DNA from: Macrostomum lignano
Lineage: Eukaryota
Assembly: GCA_002269645.1 (NCBI GenBank)
Contig: NIVC01002978.1
Location: 1 to 33,682 of the forward strand
DNA length: 33,682 bases
Reading direction: 5' to 3'
The translations under genes were made by a program, and so were the position numbers. Each line of letters opens with the position of its first letter. The stretch's first letter is position 1. The notes beneath the pieces are model-generated. The model had not been told where the DNA came from. It made no database searches and was given only the letters and a program-made list of their open reading frames with translations. This document shows, piece by piece, positions 1-12,353 of the stretch.

Positions 1-60
1 TAATAAATTGGTATCTGCAGTTTCGGTTCGGTAATTCAATAAAGTCCTGGGCTTCTGTCT

Positions 61-776
61 TCACTCAAGCCGGAACTTGACCCAGTCGGCGCTCGTCTCG
101 ATCTCCGCCTCCACCTGAGCGTCGGTGAACAGCAGCAGGCGGCAGGCTCTCAGCTTGCTGTTGTACAGCACGTGTCTGCAGATGGCGTCACTCACAGCGG
201 CTGCAACGCACTCAAAATCGCTGCTCACATTCGGCACATCGGTGAAGCAGTACTCGGAGTTGAAGCTCTCTCGCCTGAAGGCAGTGGATCTCCAGACGCC
301 GTCAGTCGGCGGTCGGGAGTCTCCCACGAACTCGCAGGCGAACCGAAGTTCACCGTGCAGGGAAAGTCAGCCAAGTACCTGCCGTTGTGCAGTCGGAGGC
401 AGTCGGAGTTGAGTCCGCCGGTTGGTTGAGCGCCACTAAACAGGCTGCCGTCCTCGGGAAGATGCCGTTTCCGTTGACCCTCTTGCCAGCCGTCTCTGCT
501 CCGGTTTCTCTCGTTTGCAAAGTCGCTCAGCCCGACCCACAGATTGCAGCTGCAGCTGGCGCGGGGATGCTGGCACTCCGAAACAGCTGGATGGAGCTGT
601 GCGAGTTGACGAGCTCGCCTCGATCGATGCGCACTGCCGATTGGCTGAGCACCAGCTGTAGCTGTGAGCTGTGCTCTCACGAACAGGCACAGACCGGCCT
701 GCATGGTGAACGGTGCGGGACACAGCAGGGCCTGCGACTGCAGCAGCTGGCAGCTCAGCAGCAGCAGCAGCAGCAT
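61..776 (-). pseudogene. Secreted C-type lectin + PAN/apple-like protein, paralog 1, frameshifted
   Basis: Homologous end to end with the intact copies at 10340, 18150 and 20188 (MLLLLLLSCQLLQSQ...WVGLSD...EYCFTDVPNVSS...ADWVK). Six small indels versus those copies (~675 +2, ~620 -1, 560-590 +2, ~483 +1, ~455 +2, ~342 -1; net +5, 716 bp versus 711). Sequencing error cannot be excluded. Confidence 0.8.
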
Positions 777-1729
777 TGATCGTCAAGAATGAATCTAAAT
801 GTTTTGTTAAAATATGTGGTTTGCTCGTAGAGTGAGGCCTTCTCTATATGCATGCTCTACATGTAGTAGTTGACTCGCGTTAAATAGCCTTCAGAGCCAT
901 CCTGTAAGCAACTCTTTGTGAGCACAGCTCTGGATCTCTTTGTTTTTATAGCTGTTACCCTCAGTATCACACTGCTTTATCTTAAAAAATAGGTGACTGC
1001 CAACTTTCTCGCTAGATATTTGGCTACTCTCAAGTTTTACCTGCTTTTCTGTTTCAGCACAGTTTGCTTTCCTCTACTTTTTGCAGAGCGGGCGTGAGAG
1101 CAAGCTGAAAGCTTTATAACGCTGTCAACAGTCCATTTTCTATCCTCCATCATGCCACTCTCTGTGGTTTTTGCTTTCTATTCGTTTTTTGGATATCCAA
1201 AAGACACCTGTAAATCAACAGTGCAATAGGATTTATCCGTTCAATGGACCTATCAATAGCAGTGCTAGCGGTTTGGTCAAACAAAACAGGTAAGAAGCCT
1301 GACAGCTTAAATTTTCGCCTACGGACCTTTTCGCTGCCCTCAGGCTTTGATAACAGAAAAAAATTAAGCCAGAAGAACGCACTTACTTAGACCTGGAGCT
1401 GGCAACTCAGCACTGGGGGCTAGGGAGGCCAAAAAGCCTGCAACCCACCACCCCAACCACATGATGAATTGGGTGGTGGGTTGAAACAGACTGTGTGGAT
1501 AGGCATAAAACGCTGCAGCCGATTGTCTGGCGTTCTCGCTGGTTCACCTGTGGTTCACTGGTTTACTTGCCAGGTAGCTCCAACACAGACCAATCCATGG
1601 CCGAATGCGCTGGGGATGCTGTGTATTGGCGTGAATCGCCAGCCTGTTGCGTTCTCGCACCGCCGGTTGAAGCTGAACATCCCGCAGTAGCTTCCTCGTC
1701 TTCTCCTTCATTGCTGTGATGACGTGATG

Positions 1730-2291
<562 letters not shown>

Positions 2292-2371
2292 TAGTAAGCT
2301 TCGGCTTTGTCGTCGCATTCTACTGCTGGATAATTGCTCTTAACCGTGACTCCCAGCTGACGAAGAAGTTC

Positions 2372-2372
<1 letters not shown>

Positions 2373-2413
<41 letters not shown>
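2373..2413. repeat. (CTG)n microsatellite
   Basis: Direct reading. Confidence 0.95.
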
Positions 2414-2414
<1 letters not shown>

Positions 2415-2847
2415 ATGTCTTATTGTGCCAGCAGTTCAACAGAGTCGTTCAAAATTAGCCGCCATTCGCTGTCAGTCAACAATTTTTCTCGCTTTTTAGC
2501 GCGGTGCTCCGGGGCATCAAGCTTGTAGTGGAAGTCGTGCATCTACGAGCGGAATTGATGTGAATGCAATGTTCAAACAATTACATTCGACAGGTCTTTT
2601 GACAGTCGCATCTAGATACCAATGTAAGGGCAATGCAGATTGGGGTCATACTCGACATACTGTTCAATGTAGCGGATGCATTTGATCATCGCTTCGGCAT
2701 GATTCCGCACTTTGCCAATGCTTGTGCAATCGGCAGACAGCTGTGTCAGGCAGTACCTGAAGTTGCCGTGATGTTTACGCTGTCTTGCGGAGAATGTCTT
2801 CTCGGACAAGCTCCTGTACCTCGGCAGCAGTTGCTGCTTTAGCGTAT

Positions 2848-2882
2848 TCTCTCTCCAGATTCTCTCTCTCTCTCACTCTCTC

Positions 2883-2936
<54 letters not shown>

Positions 2937-3930
2937 TCTGCACGCGCGTCCCGAGGTCAGCTATGCTGCGAGGGACGGGAGCGCTAGATGCGCCCCAACC
3001 TGCGAAAGAAGGTCGGTAATCGCTCTCGCGTCCGCCAGAAGGGCATCTTGCTCGCCGGGGCGGGCCGCGAAACCTCTTGGACAGTCATACAGGATGTGTT
3101 GCTCGGTGTCACGTGCTCCGCAGTCCGGGCACATGTCGGAGTCGGACAGGCCGAGCCGGAATCTGGTGGCGGCGGCCAGGTTGCTGCAGCCGGCACGGAG
3201 CTGGTTAACCAGGACCTCCAGTCTCCTCGGGAGGCCTGGTAGTCTTGGCGCTGTTGCTGCGCTGGCCCGCCAAGATACTGTGTAAGGCTGCCTGGGAGTC
3301 AGTAAAGATGTCGATACTTTGGTGTTGTCTGGTGTTCTGAATGGCCAGCAGGATGGCTTGTAGTTCTGCCTGGGTGCTGCTGTAGATGTTCCCTGCTGCG
3401 CTGGTGACGACCCGGCCCCAGGATGGGGTGATGATCACCGCTGCACTGGTGCCGTCCGAGGTGCCGCCGGCGGCCGAGCCGTTGGTCCAGGCGCTAGCCG
3501 GGTGGGAGTCGCGCTCCTCGAGGTACCTCAGTGCTGTCGCACTGCGGAGGCTCCGGGGCTGGCTGCGGCTGCACTGCGTTGCCAGATTGAGGTCGAAGTT
3601 GAAGGCTTCATGGGTCAGCCATGGTGGCTGTGACTGCGGTGCGGCTCCTAGTAGAGCCGTTAAGTAGTCCATGCCGGTCGAGCTCTTGGCTAACGCGGCG
3701 CCAGCAGCCACGGTGCTCTCGCTGGTAGTCAAGGAGGACGGTGACGGTGTCCTTTGGATCTCTCGGTAGTCTCTGGTGGCTTTCAAAGGCTCGGTTTTTT
3801 AGTCGCGGCCGGGTGTCCTTGATGGCGACCTGGAGTGCAGGTGTATCCTGCAGGAGGCGCAGGATTCTTTCTCTGAGTGTCGCGCTGCACTGGAGCACCT
3901 GGAGCTGGAGCTTTCCAGACTGCTGTTGTT
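2848..3930 (-). mobile_element. 5'-truncated degenerate non-LTR retrotransposon, I group (Ingi/Nimb-like): RNase H remnant, CCHC knuckle and (GA)n tail
   Basis: Minus strand reads PPW...AWTNGSAAGG...SSTQAELQAILLAI...IDIFTDSQAAL (RNase H). In another frame it reads LPRRLEVLVNQLRAGCSNL...CPDCGARDTEQHILYDCP (C-terminal CCHC), stop near 2960, followed by the (GA)n tract at 2848-2939. Several frameshifts. Confidence 0.85.
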
Positions 3931-4853
3931 TTTGCTTATTCGGGGTTTGGGTCTGACCGTCGCAGGGATGCCTGAGCACACGTGAGTCGGACATTGTGCT
4001 CTTATATCAATATTTTGGAATAAAATATTGGTGCAAACTATTCTTCGTGAAAAGGTATTAACTACACTGTGGTGACATTTAAAAAAAAGTCCTCTCAATG
4101 ACACTCTAGCTGCTCGTGTGGACACCTGTGGCAGCTGTTGAGGCTGACGATGCTACGCGCTTCAGCAGCGGATGCCCATGAGCTGGCGATGCTGGCGCTG
4201 ACATCCTCATCGTCGGCGTCAGCGCGGCGGCGGTTGATGGTGAATGGAACAATGACGACTCAGCGCTGCGCCTCTTGGGAGCGTCGACGGCGCCGTAGCA
4301 TCATGCAGGCTCAAATCTTCAAAAACGCCGGTGACCTCGTCAGCGACATCAGCAGCGGTTGCGCTTCCGCTTCTTCTTGGATAAGTGCTGCATACTGGAG
4401 GCGTTATATACTCGTATTCAGGAAAAGTGCTGCTAAGTTAGGGACGGGTTGTTTTTGTTAAAAAGCCGAGACCTTAGGATATACCATGCTCGCCAATTTT
4501 AGCATCAATTTTACGCCTCTATTGGCTTCTATTATGGGGGTTGGTTTTCGATGCTCTGTATTGGCCGATGACAAGGTCACTTGTATACAGTCTAGGGTCA
4601 TCCCCCGTTTATATTTAGCTCGTTGGTATCGAAATAGAAAGCATGGGGGATAGCCCGCTAACTGATTAAAACGCGCGCGCGCGATCATCAATTGAAGGCA
4701 GAATGCAAGTCAGTCAGCCAGCCAGCCAGCCAATTCTTCAATCTATGGTTAGTAAAGTTAGCTATTCTCTTGCTTGCGAGTTTTGATCATTTCACGCATT
4801 TCACCCAGTCTCTCTGCTTGGTTTGATTGTTTCTACGTTTAATTGGATTGGAT

Positions 4854-6585
4854 GGTCACATCACCTTAGTGACTGGTGATGTGACCTCTACTGGTGTTAT
4901 GACCTCTACTGGTGTTTTGACCTTAGGAACTGGTGATGTGACCTTGGGGACTGGTGATGTGACCTTGGGGACTGGTGATGTGACCTTGGGGACTGGTGAT
5001 GTGACCCGACTGACTGGTGATGTGACCACGTTGACTGGTGATGTGACCGCGTTGACTGGTGATGTGACCTTGGTGACTGGTGATGTGACCTTGGTGACTG
5101 GTGATGTGACCTTGGTGACTGGTGATGTGACCTTGGTGACTGGTGATGTGACCTAGGGGACTGGTGATGTGACCTTGGTGACTGGTGATGTGACCTTGGT
5201 GACTGGTGATGTGACCCGACTGACTGGTGATGTGACCGTGGTGACTGGTGATGTGACCACGTTGATTGGTGATGTGACCCGACTGACTGGTGATGTGACC
5301 GTGTTGATTGGTGATGTGACCCGACTGACTGGTGATGTGACCGTGTTGACTGGTGATGTGACCCGACTGACTGGTGATGTGACCCGACTGACTGGTGATG
5401 TGACCCTGTTGACTGGTGAAGTGACCCGTTGACTGGTGATGTGACCTTAGTGACTGGTGATGTGACATCTACTGGTGATGTGACCTTGGTGACTGGTGAT
5501 GTGACCTTGGTGACTGGTGATGTGACCTTGGTGACTGGTGATGTGACCTAGGGGACTGGTGATGTGACCTTGGTGACTGGTGATGTGACCTTGGGGACTG
5601 GTGATGTGACCTTGGTGACTGGTGATGTGACCGCGTTGACTGGTGATGTGACCCTGCTGACTGGTGAAGTGACCCCGTTGACTGGTGATGTGACCTTAGT
5701 GACTGGTGATGTGACCTCTACTGGTGATGTGACCTTGGTGACTGGTGATGTGACCTTGGTGACTGGTGATGTGACCTTGTGACTGGTGATGTGACCTTGG
5801 GGACTGGTGATGTGACCTTGGGGACTGGTGATGTGACATCTACTGGTGATGTGACCTTGGTGACTGGTGATGTGACCTTGGTGACTGGTGATGTGACCTT
5901 GGTGACTGGTGATGTGACCTTGGGGACTGGTGATGTGACCTTGGTGACTGGTGATGTGACCTTGGGGACTGGTGATGTGACCTTGGTGACTGGTGATGTG
6001 ACCGCGTTGACTGGTGATGTGACCCTGTTGACTGGTGAAGTGACCCCGTTGACTGGTGATGTGACCTTAGTGACTGGTGATGTGACATCTACTGGTGATG
6101 TGACCTTGGTGACTGGTGATGTGACCTTGGTGACTGGTGATGTGACCTTGGTGACTGGTGATGTGACCTTGGTGACTGGTGATGTGACCTTGGTGACTGG
6201 TGATGTGACCTTGGGGACTGGTGATGTGACCGCGTTGACTGGTGATGTGACCCTGTTGACTGGTGAAGTGACCCCGTTGACTGGTGATGTGACCTTAGTG
6301 ACTGGTGATGTGACATCTACTGGTGATGTGACCTTGGTGACTGGTGATGTGACCGCGTTGACTGGTGATGTGACTGTGGTGACTGGTGATGTGACCGTGG
6401 TGACTGGTGATGTGACCCTGTTGACTGTTGATGTGACATTGTTGACTGGTGAAGTGACCCCGTTGACTGGTGATGTGACCTTAGTGACTGGTGATGTGAC
6501 CTCTACTGGTGATGTGACCTTGGTGACTGGTGATGTGACCTCTACTGGTGTTTTGACCGCTAAGACTGGTGATTTGACCTCAACT
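4854..6585. repeat. 21-bp minisatellite (GTGACTGGTGATGTGACCTTG) with 18-bp variants, ~1.7 kb
   Basis: Constant core ACTGGTGATGTGAC with a variable ~6-nt segment, roughly 80 units. Confidence 0.97.
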
Positions 6586-6733
6586 ACCGATCAAAAGCAG
6601 TTGCGCTAAATGAATTCAGCTACACATTTCTCGAGCGAGCGCAGCGTTTCCCAGAAAAAAAATTTGTTTGTTGTTAGAGTTAGGGTTAGGTTTAGGGTTA
6701 GTGAGGGGGAGGGGAGGGTAGAGATAGAATGAT

Positions 6734-6830
<97 letters not shown>
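6734..6830. repeat. (GGCA)n tetranucleotide microsatellite
   Basis: Direct reading. Confidence 0.95.
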
Positions 6831-7025
6831 AGATTAAAAGCAATTTAACAGAATTATATAATTTTGCTTATATATTCACACTATGGTATTTATTTCAGTA
6901 GTAGACAATGCATAGTTTATTTTATATGTATATATATAGGTATCATACTCCTACTCTTCTTTCTCCTCCTCCTCCACCACAGCAGTCATCCTCATTTTCT
7001 GCACTATAATTTCGAAGAGCAAGTG

Positions 7026-7242
7026 TTGATTTATTTTTAGTATATTTACTATAAATAGATGCGGGTTCGTCCCTTAGAGAATTGATTCGATTTCTCGCTC
7101 GCTCGCTCGCTCACTCACTCGATAGTCTATGGTCAATCAGTCTTCTTGTAGCTTTAGTGACGAGCCAGCATGTATTTCTAGTATAGATTCTTTAGGGACG
7201 AACCCGCGGCTATTTATAGTAAATATACTAAAAATAAATCAA
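7026..7242. mobile_element. Nested MITE-like fold-back with ~56-bp inverted repeats
   Basis: TTGATTTATTTTTAGTATATTTACTATAAATAG..GCGGGTTCGTCCCT at 7026-7082 mirrored at ~7187-7242 with few mismatches. Confidence 0.7.
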
Positions 7243-7549
7243 TTATTGTCACACTGCGGATAAGCTCGTGTCTGCCCTTGCCCTGTCCAGACGAATAGAC
7301 GGACGGACGCCCCCCTAACCCTAACCCTAACCAACCTAAGCATAACGTTAGATGGATTAGAGCAGCGCGCGTTCAATGTTAAGTAAACAATAGTCTATGG
7401 TTGGTTATACGAGACTGAATGATACCGCGGATGGATGAATGGATGGATGACAATCGACACTAGTACTTTAGTCTATGGTAATCTATCTATGTTAGATAGT
7501 TTATGTTTGTCTCTGTCTCTAATACCGCTGTTAATCAAACCAACCAACC

Positions 7550-7951
<402 letters not shown>

Positions 7952-8374
7952 AAACAATAAACACTAGTACTCATTTAGCGCAGCATATAGTCATATAGCT
8001 AATACATACATACATACCGATTGACTGACTGGCTAACTAACCCACCCAATCTACCTATTACTATAAATATCCCACCCCAACCCAACCACTTACCTGTCAC
8101 AGCCAAAATTAATTTTTGGGAAACGCTGCGCTCGCTCGAGAAATGTGAAATTTCTCTAAGTGTCAAAATTTTTTTGACTTAGAAAATTTTCGCGCTGAAA
8201 AAAAACTTTTTTCTTCTGGGGATGCTTGCTTTCTGGGTGATGATTGCTGCTGTCTAGATCTCGGGTGATTGCTCGCTGTCTAGCTCTGGTGGATTGTAGA
8301 GATGAGCGGAGAGTGAAGAGAAGCGAGAGTAGAATTGATAGAGGATAGAGATGGAAGAGTTGAGATAAGAAATT

Positions 8375-8902
8375 TGGGGATGCTATCTATTTGGGGGATG
8401 CTATCTATCTTGGGGATGCTTGCTATCTGGGGGGATGCTTGCTATCTGGGGGGATGCTTGCTATCTGGGGGATGCTTGCTATCTGGGGGATGCTATCTAT
8501 CTGGGGGATGCTTGCTATCTGGGGGATGCTATCTATCTGGGGATGCTATCTATCTGGGGGATGCTTGCTATCTGGGGGATGCTTGCTATCTGGGGGGATG
8601 CTTGCTATCTGGGGGATGCTTGCTATCTGGGGGATGCTATCTATCTGGGGGATGCTTGCTATCTGGGGGATGCTATCTATCTGGGGATGCTATCTATCTG
8701 GGGGATGCTATCTATCTGGGGGGATGCTTGCTATCTGGGGGATGCTTGCTATCTGGGGGATGCTTGCTATCTGGGGGATGCTATCTATCTGGGGGATGCT
8801 TGCTATCTGGGGGATGCTATCTATCTGGGGGATGCTATCTATCTGGGGGATGCTTGCTATCTTGGGGATGCTTGCTATCTGGGGGATGCCTGCTGTCTGG
8901 GA
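8375..8902. repeat. 18-bp minisatellite (CTATCTGGGGGATGCTTG / CTATCTGGGGGATGCTAT)
   Basis: About 29 units in two alternating variants; G-run length varies from 4 to 6. Confidence 0.95.
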
Positions 8903-8929
8903 GATGAATCTTCTTCATACTAATCTCCT

Positions 8930-9495
8930 GCAAAACGGCTCTTATAAGCCGCAGTGTGTCAAAATGGCTCCCATAAGCCACAGTGTGTCAAAACGGCTCC
9001 CATAAGAATCTACGAATCTCGTATAAGAATCTCGTATATATCAAAAGCGCTCACGCAAAACGGCTCCTATAAGCCACAGTATGTCAAAACGGCTCACATA
9101 AGAATCTAAATCAAAAGCTATCATGCAAAATGGCTCCTATAAGCCGCAGTGTGTCAAAATGGCTCCCATAAGCAACAGTGTGTCAAAACGGCTCCCATAA
9201 GAATCAATGGCTCGTACAATTTGGCTCCCAAAAGCCGCAGTATGTCAAATCGGCTCCCATAAGCCGCAGTATGTCAAATCGGCTCCCATAAGCCGCAGTG
9301 TGTCAATTTGGCTCCCATAAGAATCAGTATGTCAAAACGGCTCCCATAAGCCGTAGTGTGTCAATTTGGCTCCCATAAGCCGCATTCTGTCAATTTGGCT
9401 CCCATAAGCAACAGTGTGTCAAAACGGCTCCCATAAGAATCAATGGCTCGTGCAATTTGGCTCCCATAAGCCGTAGTGTGTCAATTCGGCTCTCG
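8930..9495. repeat. 29-bp minisatellite (GGCTCCCATAAGCCGCAGTGTGTCAAAAT), interrupted
   Basis: Period 29 measured at 9131/9160/9189; inverted copies at ~9645-9690. Confidence 0.9.
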
Positions 9496-10339
9496 ATTAT
9501 AATTGGCTGTCTATGGTATGTACAATCTAGCGAGGAAATCTATCACGAGGGTCGTTCGTGATCAATATACATGTATTCTATGGTCTATGGGGAGCGGGAA
9601 TCCGAAATGCGCTAGGGAAATAAAAAAAACGAATGTATTAGCCTTAGGGGAGCCATTTTGCATAGACGGGAGCCAAATTGACATGAATTTTGTCTATGGC
9701 CGAAAGACTAGTCTTTAAGGCTAGCTAAAGCTATATATTGTAACACGACGAAGTGTGCATTTAACAGCATAGTCTATGGCCAAACTGTGGTAATCCTCTC
9801 TAGCTCTCCTCTATGTTTCGCTCTTCTCCTCTCCTCTTCAACGCGCACCTAACGCAACTGCAACCTCTTGTCTATGTGCTTTATTAATTATGCACTTGAT
9901 ATACAAATTACAGAATCTCCTATTTTAATTCTGATTATTATTGGAGATTTTACTAAATCGTTTCAAAGGTACATAATTCTTGAAGATGAAATTTCTCCAG
10001 AATTGGAGAAAATGAATTTGGGGTCAATGCCGCAGAGAGAATGGAACGGTGATGAGGGTTAATTGTGCCACTTTGTCGAATTTAGGCCCATAAAAGTCAC
10101 CAATTTACGCACTAAAATCTCGCAAACCTCCGCTATGGCAAATTGTCGTCAGAACCGTTAAATAGAGCTTCATGTTAAATAAACGAACAAAGTTCTGTCC
10201 AATTATTGCAAGCAGTTCGAGCCGGCTTAATGTGTGGGTAACTTTCCAAGTTTCCATTAAAATTGTAAACACCAACGAAAAAAGACACTGTCAAAGCTTT
10301 AATTTAGCCAGTATTCAGTATGCTGTCGAGCTAAGCTGA

Positions 10340-11065
10340 TCACAGCATTTTAAGTTTGACCCAGTCGGCGCTCGTCTCGATCTCCGCCTCCACCTGAGCG
10401 TCGGTGAACAGCAGCAGGCGGCAGGCTCTCAGCTTGCTGTTGTACAGCACGTGTCTGCAGCTGCCGTAAATCATAGCGGCTGCAACGCACTCAACAGCGC
10501 TGCTCACATTCGGCACATCCGTGAAGCAGTACTCGGAGTTGTAGATGGCTCTCTTGAACGACACTTTCTTCCAGTTGGCAAACCTCGGATCCGCAGAGGG
10601 GTCCTTGTACTCGCAAGCGAATCCAAAGTTTAATTTGCAATTGGTGTCTTTGAGCAGTCCGAGTTCGTTCATCCGAATGCAGTTTTCAACAGCAAGTCCT
10701 GATGGTTCGTTTGAGGGAAACAGACTTTCGGGACTGGCGAAGCCGTTTCCGTTGACCCTCTGCCAGCCGGCTCTGCTCCGGTTTCTCTCATCGGCCAGGT
10801 CGCTCAGGCCGAGCCACAGCTGGCAGCTGCAGGATGAGCTGATGCCGCTGCGATTGAGCGCCAGGATGGAGCTGTGCGAGTTAACGAGCTCGCCTCCGAT
10901 CGATGCGCACTGCCGATTGGCTGAGCACCAGCTGTGGCTGTGAGCTGTGCTCACGAACAGGCACAGACCGGCCTGCATGGTGAACAGTGCGGGACACGGC
11001 AGGGCCTGCGACTGCAGCAGCTGGCAGCTCAGAAGCAGCAGCAGCAGCAGCTGCTTCATTGACAT
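10340..11065 (-). CDS. Secreted C-type lectin + PAN/apple-like protein, paralog 2, intronless, 241 aa (or 239 aa from ATG at 11059)
   Basis: Leu-rich signal peptide. CTLD hallmarks CP..F....C, W..A...C...GGEL, LWLGLSD, W..VNG, EPS, ENC, KDTNC, FACE. C-terminal S.VEC...C..VLYN....C.L pattern typical of PAN/apple domains. Confidence 0.88.
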   Translation of the reverse strand: MSMKQLLLLLLLSCQLLQSQALPCPALFTMQAGLCLFVSTAHSHSWCSANRQCASIGGELVNSHSSILALNRSGISSSCSCQLWLGLSDLADERNRSRAGWQRVNGNGFASPESLFPSNEPSGLAVENCIRMNELGLLKDTNCKLNFGFACEYKDPSADPRFANWKKVSFKRAIYNSEYCFTDVPNVSSAVECVAAAMIYGSCRHVLYNSKLRACRLLLFTDAQVEAEIETSADWVKLKML

Positions 11066-11605
11066 TTACGCTAATGGATTGGGTATCGATCTGTCTGTCG
11101 AAGTCCAATAGTTTGTAGTCGTTTGTGACGCCAGCAAACGGCTTTACCAACACTAACGTCCTTGCTCTGTAAAAGTCCAAATAGCCGGTGCTGTCAGTGC
11201 GGCTGCTTCAATTTTACCTCTTTCGCTATTGCTAGTTAAGTAGTCTCGTCTACTAATTACGATGTTAACTTCTAGTGGTCCTTGAGTCTACTCATCTCTC
11301 TATGAGAGAATCGTTTGAATCTTCATCACGCGGTGGCACTGCATTTGTGCCTCAATTATTTTGAAAATTTCTAGACGGACTTGAGTCGTACAAGTAGCTC
11401 ATATTGAGTAAATCTTCTTGTCACCAAGACTCGGCGAATCTCTTTCCATTAAAGATTGTTACCTTTCAAGTCGGCGGGACTTTTTAATGAGCTGTTTGTT
11501 CACAATTATTACGTGAAAAGCTCTGTCTGTCTGACACTTTCAGATACTTCGCCGACTCTACCAGAAACTTGACAGCTGTCGGCTCTTTTTACCAAGCAGA
11601 CATTT

Positions 11606-11985
11606 CCCAAGGCATTAACCCAAGGCATTAACCCAAGGCATTAACCCAAGGCATTAACCCAAGGCATCAACCCAAGACATTAACCCAAGGCATTAACCCA
11701 AGGCATTAACCCAAGGAATTAACCCAAGGCATTAACCCAAGGCATTAACCCAAGGCATTAACCCAAGGCATTAACCCAAGGCATTAACCCAAGACATTAA
11801 CCCAAGGCATTAGCCCAAGGCATTAACCCAAGACATTAACCCAAGACATTAACCCAAGGCATTAACCCAAGACATTAACCCAAGACATTAACCCAAGGCA
11901 TTAACCCAAGACATTAACCCAAGGCATTAACCCAAGGCATTAACCCAAGGCATTAACCCAAGGCATTAACCCAAGGCATTTAACC
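11606..11985. repeat. 13-bp minisatellite (CCCAAGGCATTAA), ~29 units
   Basis: Direct reading; GG/GA variant units. Confidence 0.96.
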
Positions 11986-12353
11986 CGACAGACAAGACGG
12001 ACCCAAACAGACATTTTAGCACCAGTCTTTGCCCGTTAAGGATTAGACAAATTTCAGTTTGAACAATTTCAACCTAATGGAATAAAGGGGTATTAGTACT
12101 ATCTAGTAGTAACTCTTTTACAGCCTATGAATTGAACACGCTAGTAGCTAAATGTACAAGATAACAGGACAGGCAGTGACGAGCAACAACAAGCAGAAGA
12201 TAGAGCAAAATAGGACCCAGCTAAACCAGTCTTTATCTTCCGAAAGCAGTCAATTGCGATAACAGCGCGCGACTGAAAACAATTATAAACGCTAGAGCTA
12301 GCTGTTGAAGTGTGCGCCACGCAGTCACCCCAGAGCCCAGACAACTCGCAGTC

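Noticed and set aside
1381-1720. Possible LINE 3' end on the minus strand ending TAAGTAAGT
   Set aside because: Only the tail resemblance to 19772-19790 supports it; no recognisable protein motif in any frame.
2420-2810. Possible hAT transposase remnant (LLTDSEWRLIL...)
   Set aside because: Resemblance limited to a few residues, interrupted by stops; needs an HMM search.
4138-4691. ORFs of 77-107 aa and an SKKKRKR NLS-like peptide on the minus strand
   Set aside because: No family motif and no convincing exon structure.
4827-6609. (TGDVTLV)n or (GHITSHQ)n repeat protein, e.g. a beta-solenoid or ice-binding-like protein
   Set aside because: In-frame TAG variants on plus (5154, ~5549), TAA variants on minus, 20-bp frameshifting units (~5431, ~5779), and no start or signal peptide; treated as non-coding unless RNA-seq shows otherwise.
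6678-7340. Telomere or chromosome-fusion site
   Set aside because: Only 3-4 degenerate TTAGGG/CCCTAA units per block, internal to a TIR element.
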